Of a DNA stretch of 64,000 bases, positions 1 to 8,514 are shown in pieces. Source of the stretch: Hydrogenophaga intermedia (GTDB lineage: Bacteria > Pseudomonadota > Gammaproteobacteria > Ga0077536). The stretch spans positions 24,328 through 88,327 of the forward strand of contig CALRPY020000008.1 in NCBI GenBank assembly GCA_943370145.1. The letters run 5' to 3'. The position numbers were made by a program, and so were the translations under genes. The notes beneath the pieces are model-generated. The model had not been told where the DNA came from. It was given only the letters and a program-made list of their open reading frames with translations, and ran no database searches. Numbering within the stretch: position 1 is the stretch's first letter; each line of letters begins with the position of its first letter.

Positions 1-3000
1 CGGCGCCATCATCGCAAACAACCCGCTGCCGCTCACCACCACCGACGGTCGGCCCATCGTCACCGGCAGCCTGCAGGCCCACGCCAGCGGCAGGCCCACG
101 CTGTTCGAACAGCGTTACATCGTCGAGGACCGCACCGCGCTGGACACGCGCGCGGAATATCGCGTCACGGATGCCAACGATTTCTTCAGCGCCCAGGCCG
201 TCGCGAAAGCGGTGCCGACGCCGCTGCTGCCGCGCGATGCCGGCGCGCTGTCGCTGAACGCGAACCGCGCACTGTCGCTGGGCGCGAGCATCGTGCGCGA
301 CAGCGGCGCCGGTCGCGGCGCGCGCGTCGATATCGGCGCGGAGGACATCACGATCGTCGCGGCCGCGGCCGGCACCCCGGGGACGGTCGAACTCGTCGCC
401 GGGGACCTCGCGGCGCTCGGCGCCGACAGCCTGCTGATCGGCGGTGCGCGCAGCGTCGCCGGCAGTCTCACGACGATAGAGCGCGTCGACGCCCGCAGTC
501 TGCGCGTCGCGCCGGGCACGGCGCTGTCCGTCCCTGAACTGATCCTGGTCGCGGCGGACAGCCTGGACGTCGGCGCGAATGTCGGCCTGCGCGGGGAGGG
601 CGGTCCGCGCGGCACCACGCGCGGCACGCTCGCGATCGAGGGTGACAATGCGCTGCTCGTCGCGGGCAGCGATCGCCTGCCGCAGGTCCAGCGCTCGAAC
701 ATCGGCGCCAACCCGAACGCCAGCCTCAGCGTGGACGCGAGCGCAAGCCTCTTCGGGGCCGGCAGCCTCGTACTCGACAGCACCGGCACGGGACTCATCG
801 ACGGCACGCTCGAGGTGGGCAGTGGCGGTGGTTTGCGCCTCGGCGCCGACAGCATCGGGCTCGGCAGCGTGCCGGGCGCTTTTGCCGGTCTCGCGCTCGA
901 TGCGGGGCGCCTGCAGCAGCTCGGCGTTGCCGAGCTGGAACTCGCCTCGGGCACCACGCTCGCGCTGTTCGGCAGCTTCGCGCTCGAGGTCGACTCGCTG
1001 CTGTTCGACGCGCCTGGGCTCGCCGGACAGACCAATGGCGCGACGGTCGAACTGCGCGCCAACACCCTCACGGTGCAGAACACGCGCGGCCTCGTCGCGG
1101 CCGACCCGGGCGCGGCGGGCACGTTGCTGCGTTTCGCCGGCCGCAGTGCCGGTGTCGACGGTCTCGTGCTGAATTTCGGCGCGGCGGCGGGCGCGGATGA
1201 CGGGCTGGTAGACGGTGGTGACTTCGACGTGACGGGTTTCGGCCGCGTGGAAATCGACGCCGGCTCGGTGCTCGGGCTCGCCGAGCACGGCTTCGACGTG
1301 GATGCCGGCATGTTCCAGATCACGAGCGGCGTGATCGGCAGCCGGTCGGGCGCCTCGCTGGGCCTGTCATCGACCGGACAGCTGACGACCCTGACGCGCC
1401 CCGGCACGGATGTCGCGGCACTGGCGCCCGGGCTGCTCGGCGGCCAGGTCACCCTCACCGGCGCAACGCTGACGCATGGTGCGCTGGTGCTCGCGCCGGG
1501 CGGCAGCATCACGTTGCGGACTACCGCAGGCGACCTGCAGGTGGCCGGCGAAGTGAACGCGGCGGGGCTCTCGAACCTTGATTTCGGCCTCACCAGCCTC
1601 GGCACGCCGGGCGGTCGAGTCCGGCTGTCCGCCGTGGGCGGGGATCTCGAACTGCTGGCGGGTGCACGGCTTGACGTCTCCGGCGGCCAGGGCGAGCGCG
1701 CCGGCAGCGGCGGCGACCTCACGCTCGAAGCGCCGGATGGCAGCCTCGCGCTCGCGCCCGGCGCGAGCCTGCTCGGCGGCGCGGACGTGTCGCAGACCGG
1801 CGCGCGGCTGTTCGTGGACGCGGGCAGCCTCGGCGGTGGCCTCGCGGGACTTGCCGGCACGCTGGCGAACGCCGGCTTCAGTGAGACGAAGGCCGTTCGC
1901 GTGCGGGGCGCGGGTGAGGCGTTGACGCTCACGGCCGGCAGCACACTCGCGGCGCGCAATCTCATGCTCGCGGCGGACCAGGGCGATGTGGCGCTGCTCG
2001 GCACGCTCGATGCGAGCGGCGAGTGGGCCGGCCGCATCGACGTCGCGGCCGGCGGCGCGCTGACGGTCGGCGCCGGTGCCCGGCTCGATGCTTTCGCGAC
2101 CGGCGGTTTCCTCGCGCCCAACGGCACGCCGGGCAATCCCGTCTACGACGACGGACGCGCGGGCGGCACCGTGGCGCTGTTCGCTGCGGACGGTCGGCTC
2201 GAACTCGACGGCGGCACAATCGACGTGCACGGCACGATGGTCGACGTGAACGGCAATCTCGTCAGCGAGGCGAGCGGCCGCGTGCAGCTGATGGCGCGCC
2301 GCACCTCGTCCTCGGCCATCGACGCCGACCTCATCGCGACCGGCTTCAACGGCGCGCGCCAGATCGAAATCTTCGGCAACCAGCGTTACACGACCGGGCA
2401 GTTCGGAAGCATCCTTGCGGACGCCACGGCCTTCAGCGGCAACGCGGCGGCCATCCAGAACGATCTCGGTCTCGGCGGCAACACGGCGGCGCGCGTCGCA
2501 CCGGGCGTCGAGGTGCGCACGAACGGGGACTTGAGCTTCACCGCGCTAGGGCTCAATCTCACCAACCTCTTCAACGCGACGAACGTGCGACCAGGTCTTC
2601 TCACCGTGCGCACGACCGGCACGCTGACGCTCAACACCGACATCATCGACGGCACCGTCAACGACCGCTTCGGCCGGCGTGTCGCGGATCAGAACTTCAG
2701 CTGGGGCTATGTCTTTGCCGGCGGCGCCGACCTCGCCGCGGCCGATCTGGCAGCCGTGACAGCGGGCGCCGGCGGTGTCGTGTTCAACAGCGGCATCGAC
2801 CTCATCACGGGCTCCGGTGACATCACGCTCGCGAGCGGCGGCGACCTCACCTTCGGCAGCAATGCGACGGTGCAGGCCATCGGCCGCCACCTGTCGGCGA
2901 ATTTCCGCGGCACGATCTCGGACGCCTTCACCGGTCCGAACGACAACATCCAGCAGACGGCCGTGCGCCGCTTCCTGCCGGGCGTGTCCTTCCCCGAGGC

Positions 3001-5461
3001 TGCCGGCGACATCCGGCTCCGCTCGTCCGGCAACGTGACGGCGACGCGCCCGACGCAGCAGCTCTCGCAGTGGGCCACGCGCATCGGCGGTTCGGACATC
3101 GGCGGTGACGTCGGCAACGCGCCGGACGCCTGGGGCGTGCAGCTCGGCCAGTACGCCGGCAACATTGCGACCTTTGGCGGCGGCAATGTGAGCCTCGACG
3201 CCGGCGGCAGCGTCGCGGGCGTGCAACTCAGCAACTTCAGCACCGGCCGGCAGGAGGGTGTGAACGAGTACAACCGTGCAACGCGCGTGTGGACCGTCAC
3301 CTCGAACGTCGTCAACGAACTCGGTGGCGGGCGGGTGGACCTGCGCGCAGGCGGCGACGTGGCCGGGCTCGACCTTCACGTGACCCGCGGCGAAGGTTTC
3401 GTGAAGTCGGGGCAGGGCATCGTCGGCAATGACACCGGGCTCGCGAACCAGCTCGCACGGCTCTTCGTCGGCGACGCGCGGCTCACGCTGGAGGCGGCCC
3501 GCGACATCGATCTCGGGACCGTGATAGACCCCAACACGCTGTTGCTCGCGGTCGCGCCGGTCGCGAACCCGCAGCCGGTCAACACGCGCTTCGAGACCTT
3601 CTATTTCACGTACACGCAGAATTCCGCGTTGAACCTCATGAGCAGCGCCGGCGACGTGCTGCTTGCTAACGACGCGGCCGGCACCAGCGGGATCAACATC
3701 GCGGGCGACCCGCTGGTGAACCTCTACCCGGGCGAAGTCGGCGTGTATGCCGCGAGCGGCCGGATCGGGATCGCGCAGCGCATGAACCTGTTCCCGACGC
3801 AGAACGGCACCCTGCGCCTCGTCGCGGCCGATGACATCGGCCTGTCCGAGGCGGGCGCTGCGGTCGGGCAGATCGTGCAGATGGACAGCGATCCGGCGCT
3901 TATGCCGGCGCTTGGCAACGGCTTCGCGCACCCGGTCAACGCCGGCGCGCAGAACGCGTTCACGCTGGCGCTCTACGAGCGCTTCGAACTCGAGCGGGAC
4001 GAGAACGATCGCCGTCTCACCGACCACGCGGCGACGCCCGTTCACACGGGGGACCGCGTGCCCAATCTCGTGCTGAGCCGCGACGGCGACATCGCCGACA
4101 CCGAGTTCGTGCTCGCCAAGCAGTCCTGGTTCACCGCCGGCCGCGACATCACGCAGATCATCGCGGCCGTGCAGAACGTCGAAGCGACGGACATGAGCCT
4201 CTTCCTGGCCGGTCGCGACTTCATGATGAACGCGCCGCGCGTGCCGGGCGTCGGTCGCATCACGACGACCAGCGGCATCGGCGTCGACATCGCCGGGCCG
4301 GGCACGGCGCAGTTCGTCGCCGGCCGCGACATCGGGCTCGGCACGTCGGTCGGCTTGCGCTCGATTGGCGATTTCGCGAATCCCGCGCTGGCCGACCAGG
4401 GGGCCGACCTGACCCTGCTTGCGGGTGTTGGAAACGCGCCGGACTGGGCCGCTTTCGCGGACGAATACCTGTTCGAACCGGCTTACGCCGCGACACTCGC
4501 CGCGTTCCTCGACGCCCGCGGCGTGCCGGCGGGGGTGCCCGAGGCGCGCTTCGCGCAGTTGACCGCCGCCGATCAACGCGAACTGCTGCTGCAGGTCCTG
4601 TTCGCCGAACTGAAGCAAGCGGGGCTTGCGGCCTCCGACCCCGCCGGCAGCGGCTTCAACGATTACTCGGCCGGTTTCGACGCGCTGGGCACCTTGTTCC
4701 CCGGCGACTTCGCCGGCGACATCACGACTGCGCTCAGCACGGTGCAGACGCAGGATGGCGGTGACATCAACCTCGCGGTGCCGGGCGGTCTGATTGACGC
4801 GGGCCTCACCTCCACCGCGGGGCTCGCCGGCAGCGGGGAATTCAAGGAAGCGATTGAACTCGGCTACATCGCCTTCCGCAGCGGCAGCATCAACGCGTTC
4901 GTGCGCGACAGCTTCAACGTCAACAGCACGCGCGTCTTCGCGCAATCCGGTGGCGACATCCTGATCTGGTCGTCGGAAGGGGACATCGACGCGGGCCGCG
5001 GCGCGAAGAGCGCGGCCTCCATTCCGCTCGTGGACCCGGTGTTCGACGAATTCGGCAACTTCGTCGCCGAGCCGCCACTCGCGGTGTCCGGCAGCGGTAT
5101 CCGCAACTTCGCGCCGCCGGGCGTGGAAGCCGGCACGCTCTACCTGTTCGCGCCGCAGGGCGTGATCAACGCCGGCGACGCGGGTATCGGCTCGGCCGGC
5201 AACGTGGTGCTCGGCGCGACGCAGGTCATCGGCGCGGACAACATCGACATCGGTGGGGTCGCGGTGGGCGTGCCGACCACCGACACGGGCGGTATCGCGG
5301 CGGGCCTCGCCGGCATCGGCGACGTTGCCGCCAGCGCCACCCAATCCACCGCCAAGGCGGCCGAGGCCGCGGCAGCGGCGGAGGCGGCTGCGGCGGCCTC
5401 CGCGGGTGATCAGACGCAGATGTCGGTGATTTCGGTCGAGGTGCTCGGCTTCGGCAGTTGA
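1..5461 (+). CDS. Giant filamentous-haemagglutinin-like (FhaB/TpsA-type) beta-helical exoprotein, 5'-truncated by the window edge
   Basis: The frame of ORF 212..5461 stays open back to nt 2 (GAIIANNPLPLTTTDGRP...), so the true start is upstream of the window. Degenerate Gly/Ala/Leu/Asp-rich beta-helix-type repeats run throughout. The C-terminal block 'SSEGDIDAGRGAKSA...GVINAGDAGIGSAGNVVLGA' resembles the FhaB-family C-terminal (DUF3739-like) region. Ends in an Ala-rich tail. Confidence 0.75.
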   Translation, partial: GAIIANNPLPLTTTDGRPIVTGSLQAHASGRPTLFEQRYIVEDRTALDTRAEYRVTDANDFFSAQAVAKAVPTPLLPRDAGALSLNANRALSLGASIVRDSGAGRGARVDIGAEDITIVAAAAGTPGTVELVAGDLAALGADSLLIGGARSVAGSLTTIERVDARSLRVAPGTALSVPELILVAADSLDVGANVGLRGEGGPRGTTRGTLAIEGDNALLVAGSDRLPQVQRSNIGANPNASLSVDASASLFGAGSLVLDSTGTGLIDGTLEVGSGGGLRLGADSIGLGSVPGAFAGLALDAGRLQQLGVAELELASGTTLALFGSFALEVDSLLFDAPGLAGQTNGATVELRANTLTVQNTRGLVAADPGAAGTLLRFAGRSAGVDGLVLNFGAAAGADDGLVDGGDFDVTGFGRVEIDAGSVLGLAEHGFDVDAGMFQITSGVIGSRSGASLGLSSTGQLTTLTRPGTDVAALAPGLLGGQVTLTGATLTHGALVLAPGGSITLRTTAGDLQVAGEVNAAGLSNLDFGLTSLGTPGGRVRLSAVGGDLELLAGARLDVSGGQGERAGSGGDLTLEAPDGSLALAPGASLLGGADVSQTGARLFVDAGSLGGGLAGLAGTLANAGFSETKAVRVRGAGEALTLTAGSTLAARNLMLAADQGDVALLGTLDASGEWAGRIDVAAGGALTVGAGARLDAFATGGFLAPNGTPGNPVYDDGRAGGTVALFAADGRLELDGGTIDVHGTMVDVNGNLVSEASGRVQLMARRTSSSAIDADLIATGFNGARQIEIFGNQRYTTGQFGSILADATAFSGNAAAIQNDLGLGGNTAARVAPGVEVRTNGDLSFTALGLNLTNLFNATNVRPGLLTVRTTGTLTLNTDIIDGTVNDRFGRRVADQNFSWGYVFAGGADLAAADLAAVTAGAGGVVFNSGIDLITGSGDITLASGGDLTFGSNATVQAIGRHLSANFRGTISDAFTGPNDNIQQTAVRRFLPGVSFPEAAGDIRLRSSGNVTATRPTQQLSQWATRIGGSDIGGDVGNAPDAWGVQLGQYAGNIATFGGGNVSLDAGGSVAGVQLSNFSTGRQEGVNEYNRATRVWTVTSNVVNELGGGRVDLRAGGDVAGLDLHVTRGEGFVKSGQGIVGNDTGLANQLARLFVGDARLTLEAARDIDLGTVIDPNTLLLAVAPVANPQPVNTRFETFYFTYTQNSALNLMSSAGDVLLANDAAGTSGINIAGDPLVNLYPGEVGVYAASGRIGIAQRMNLFPTQNGTLRLVAADDIGLSEAGAAVGQIVQMDSDPALMPALGNGFAHPVNAGAQNAFTLALYERFELERDENDRRLTDHAATPVHTGDRVPNLVLSRDGDIADTEFVLAKQSWFTAGRDITQIIAAVQNVEATDMSLFLAGRDFMMNAPRVPGVGRITTTSGIGVDIAGPGTAQFVAGRDIGLGTSVGLRSIGDFANPALADQGADLTLLAGVGNAPDWAAFADEYLFEPAYAATLAAFLDARGVPAGVPEARFAQLTAADQRELLLQVLFAELKQAGLAASDPAGSGFNDYSAGFDALGTLFPGDFAGDITTALSTVQTQDGGDINLAVPGGLIDAGLTSTAGLAGSGEFKEAIELGYIAFRSGSINAFVRDSFNVNSTRVFAQSGGDILIWSSEGDIDAGRGAKSAASIPLVDPVFDEFGNFVAEPPLAVSGSGIRNFAPPGVEAGTLYLFAPQGVINAGDAGIGSAGNVVLGATQVIGADNIDIGGVAVGVPTTDTGGIAAGLAGIGDVAASATQSTAKAAEAAAAAEAAAAASAGDQTQMSVISVEVLGFGS

Positions 5462-5573
5462 TGACAAGTAGGCGAACGCATTCGCGTTCACAGGATTGAA
5501 ATAATTGGTGGATAACGTGACGGGGCTCACATGGCAGGGCCCGCGCGCCACCGTTCAAAGATACAAGGGAAAC

Positions 5574-7373
5574 ATGAAACTGAAGTCGCGCATCGTGTGC
5601 ACGGCCAGCCTGCTTTTGGCCACGCTCACCGCTCATGCCTGGTGGTCGCCGGACTGGACGGCCCGCAAGGAACTGAAGCTGAACACCACGGCGGCGGGGG
5701 TTGACCTCAAATCTGCGCTGACCGAGCCCACCGTGCTCGTGCGCCTGCACCAGGGAAATTTTCCGCAGTTCCTGAACGTGCGCGACGGCGGCGCGGACTT
5801 CCGGGTGATGTTGGGGGACGACAAGACCCCGCTGAAGTACCACGTCGACCGCTTCGATCCGATCAGCCAGATGGCGTTCCTGTGGGTCAAGCTCCCGGTG
5901 CTCAACCCCCAGTCCACCGAGGAAAAGCTCTATCTCTATTTCGGTAACGGCGCGGCGGTCAAAGCCGACGAGCCGGGACAGACCTATGACGTCGCGACCG
6001 CCGCGAGCTTTCATTTCAACGAAGCGCAGGGGCTGCCGGTCGACAGCACGGCCTACGCGACGAGCGTCACGGCCGGTGAAGTCTTTCCGAATCCTGCGTC
6101 GATCATCGGCGCCGGCGTCACGCTGCCCGGCACGCAGGCGCTGGCGATTGCCGACAACGGCGCGCTTGCAGCCACGGCCGCCAACGGCTGGACCTTCTCG
6201 ACGTGGGTGCGGCTTGCCGCGCCGACCGAGGCCGCGGCCTACCTCATGGACAGGCAGACGCCGGGTGGCAGGGCGTCGCTGCTCGTCAACGGCGCCAACC
6301 TGGTTGCGCGCTATGGCGACGTCGAAATCGCCGGCGGCGTGCCCCTCACGGCGGGCACCTGGGCGCACGTCGCCGTCACGTTCGGTGCCAGCGAAGCGAA
6401 GCTTTTCGTCAACGGTGTCCAGGCCGGCGCGGCCGCGATCACCGGCGTGGACATGGCCGGTGCGATCAGCGTCGGCGGTGGCGCCGACGGCAGCGGCCTG
6501 CTCGCGGCCGATCTCGACGAACTGAAGGTTTCCACCGTCGCGCGCAGCCCGGAGTGGGTGTTGTTCGAGGCGGCGATCCAGGGCGAACGCAATGATGCGA
6601 TCGTGACCTATGGCGCGGACCAGGCCGCTGATGCCGCCGGTGAAGGAGAGGGTGAGGAAAAGGGCGGTTACTTCGGCACCATTTTCCAGTTCGTGTTCGG
6701 CTCCGAGGACGCGATCGTCGAGCAGGTGGTGATCGGGGTCTGCGCGTTCATGGCGCTGGTGGCGATGCTGGTGATGTTCAGCAAGGCGCTGTTCCTGTCG
6801 CGGGCCCGCGCGGCCTCGACGCGCTTCCTGCGCGCCTACGGCCAGCTCGCGATAGGCGGGCAGGGCAACGAGGGCATCATGGCGCTGCTCGACAAGGAGA
6901 AGCGCTACGGCATCTCGCCGCTGTTCCAGGTCTATCGCCAGGCCCTCGCCGAGGTGCGCAAGCGCATGTCGACGGCCACCGGCAACGCGCCCGCCGGGCT
7001 GGACGAGAAGGCCATGGGCTCCATTCGGGCCGCGATGGACGCCGTGATGGTGCGCCAGCAGCAGAAGATGAATGCGCTGATGGTGTTGCTGACCATCGCC
7101 ATTTCAGGCGGGCCGTTCATCGGGCTCTTCGGCACGGTGGTGGGCGTGATGGTCACCTTCGCCTCGATCGCCGCGAGCGGCGACGTGAACATCAACGCCA
7201 TCGCGCCCGGCATGGCCGCCGCGCTGCTCGCGACGGTGGCCGGTCTCGGCGTCGCGATCCCGGCGCTGTTCGGCTACAACTACCTCGGTTCGAAGGTCAA
7301 GGAACTCTCCGCGGACATGCACGTGTACGCGGACGAACTGACCGCGCGAGTCGTCGAGGAATTCGGCCACTAG
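5574..7373 (+). CDS. exbB: MotA/TolQ/ExbB proton-channel protein with a long N-terminal extracytoplasmic DUF2341 + LamG (concanavalin-A-like) module
   Basis: ATG at 5574 preceded by AAGGGA. Signal peptide MKLKSRIVCTASLLLATLTAHA. DUF2341-like 'WWSPDWTARKELKLN...ADFRVMLGDDKTPLKYHVDRFD...FLWVKLP...LYLYFGNG', then a LamG-like block (WTFSTWVRL...GTWAHVAVTF...LFVNGV...DELKVS). C-terminal ExbB core with 3 TM segments (FIGLFGTVVGVMVTF...APGMAAALLATVAGLGVAIPAL). Confidence 0.85.
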   Translation: MKLKSRIVCTASLLLATLTAHAWWSPDWTARKELKLNTTAAGVDLKSALTEPTVLVRLHQGNFPQFLNVRDGGADFRVMLGDDKTPLKYHVDRFDPISQMAFLWVKLPVLNPQSTEEKLYLYFGNGAAVKADEPGQTYDVATAASFHFNEAQGLPVDSTAYATSVTAGEVFPNPASIIGAGVTLPGTQALAIADNGALAATAANGWTFSTWVRLAAPTEAAAYLMDRQTPGGRASLLVNGANLVARYGDVEIAGGVPLTAGTWAHVAVTFGASEAKLFVNGVQAGAAAITGVDMAGAISVGGGADGSGLLAADLDELKVSTVARSPEWVLFEAAIQGERNDAIVTYGADQAADAAGEGEGEEKGGYFGTIFQFVFGSEDAIVEQVVIGVCAFMALVAMLVMFSKALFLSRARAASTRFLRAYGQLAIGGQGNEGIMALLDKEKRYGISPLFQVYRQALAEVRKRMSTATGNAPAGLDEKAMGSIRAAMDAVMVRQQQKMNALMVLLTIAISGGPFIGLFGTVVGVMVTFASIAASGDVNINAIAPGMAAALLATVAGLGVAIPALFGYNYLGSKVKELSADMHVYADELTARVVEEFGH

Positions 7374-7389
7374 GCCGGGGGAAGCAGCG

Positions 7390-7800
7390 ATGGCCGGCGC
7401 GTCGAAAGAAGACAACGAACCATACGACGACATCAACATCACGCCTATGCTCGATCTGGCGTACGTGCTGTTGATCATCTTCATCATCATGACCACCGCC
7501 TCCGTGCAGGGCGTGAAGGTCAACCTGCCGAAGGCGAGCAACGCGCCGAGCCTGGCGGAGCCGAAGACCAAGGCCGTGACCATCACGGCGCAGGGCCAGG
7601 TGTTCCTGGATACCTACCCGGTGACGATGCAGGAACTCGAGTCCCGCCTGGCGGGTTTCCGCGCGGCGGATCCGGAGTTGCCGGTGGTGGTGAAGGGCGA
7701 CTCGACGGTGCAGTACCAGATGGTGATGGACGTGCTCGATCTGCTCGGCCGTCTCAACATCACCCAGGTCGGCCTCGTCACCCAGAAGCTCGTGAAGTAA
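7390..7800 (+). CDS. exbD: ExbD/TolR biopolymer transport protein
   Basis: 136 aa. Shows 'DINITPMLDLAYVLLIIFIIM' (conserved Asp in the single TM) and an ExbD periplasmic domain. Starts 17 nt after exbB. Confidence 0.9.
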   Translation: MAGASKEDNEPYDDINITPMLDLAYVLLIIFIIMTTASVQGVKVNLPKASNAPSLAEPKTKAVTITAQGQVFLDTYPVTMQELESRLAGFRAADPELPVVVKGDSTVQYQMVMDVLDLLGRLNITQVGLVTQKLVK

Positions 7801-7804
7801 GGCC

Positions 7805-8479
7805 GTGCGCAACGAAGACGACGATATCGACAGCGGCGGCCGCCGCTGGGTGCCCTGGGTGGGCGCCGGCGTCATCCTGGCAGGCTTTGCGGCCGTGATC
7901 TGGTTCGCCGTGTCGTCGCTGTCCGGCACCAAGGCGCCCGAGCCGCCGAAGGTCCAGCAGATCTCCATCGTGCAGCCGCCGCCGCCCCCGCCGCCGCCGC
8001 CCGAGATGGAAGAGACGCCGCCGGAGCCCGAGGAGGAAGTCGACGTGCCCGAACCGGAGCCGGAGCCCGTCGCGGATACACCGGAAAGCGACGAACCGCC
8101 GCCCGGAGAGGATCTCGGTCTCGATGCGGAAGGCGTGGCCGGCGCGGACGGCTTCGGGCTGCGTGCAAAGAAAGGCGGGCGTGGCCTCATTGGCGGTTCT
8201 GGCGACCCGCAGGCCTGGTATGCCGGGGTGCTGTCACGCGAACTGCAGCGCCTGCTGTCGGGCGTCAAGGAAGTCCGCAGCGGGCGCTACGCGGTGGTCG
8301 TGCGCATCTGGGTGGCCGAGGACGGCAGCATCAAGGACAGCGAGATCGTGCGCGGCAGTGGCAATGCGGGAGTCGATGCCGCCATCGAGCGCGCACTCGC
8401 CGCCGGCGTGCGGATGTCTGAAGCGCCGCCGGCCGATTTGCCGCAGCCGATCAGGCTTCAGATCACGTCGCGCTCCTGA
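7805..8479 (+). CDS. tonB: TonB-family energy transducer
   Basis: GTG start. N-terminal TM (WVPWVGAGVILAGFAAVIWF), Pro/Glu-rich spacer (QPPPPPPPPPEMEETPPEPEEE...) and a TonB_C-like C-terminus (VVVRIWVAEDGSIKDSEIVRGSGNAGVDAAIERAL). Confidence 0.8.
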   Translation: MRNEDDDIDSGGRRWVPWVGAGVILAGFAAVIWFAVSSLSGTKAPEPPKVQQISIVQPPPPPPPPPEMEETPPEPEEEVDVPEPEPEPVADTPESDEPPPGEDLGLDAEGVAGADGFGLRAKKGGRGLIGGSGDPQAWYAGVLSRELQRLLSGVKEVRSGRYAVVVRIWVAEDGSIKDSEIVRGSGNAGVDAAIERALAAGVRMSEAPPADLPQPIRLQITSRS

Positions 8480-8514
8480 GCGATCAAAAACAACATTCTC
8501 CCCACGGACAGCCA

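Noticed and set aside
115-5551. Very long antisense or alternative-frame ORFs overlapping the haemagglutinin-like gene (115..2136 -, 1367..2230 -, 2546..5551 -, 2023..2820 + and others).
   Set aside because: Their translations are Arg/Pro/Ala/Ser-rich and low in complexity, which is typical of off-frame reading of high-GC coding DNA. They fully overlap a gene with recognisable family motifs. The same reasoning applies to comparable ORFs throughout the window (e.g. 5226..6368 -, 7297..8268 -, 8458..10293 -, 12369..13709 -, 31387..32655 -, 34734..35987 -, 38753..40477 -, 45290..47290 -, 54760..56301 +, 59656..60468 -, 60114..61643 -).
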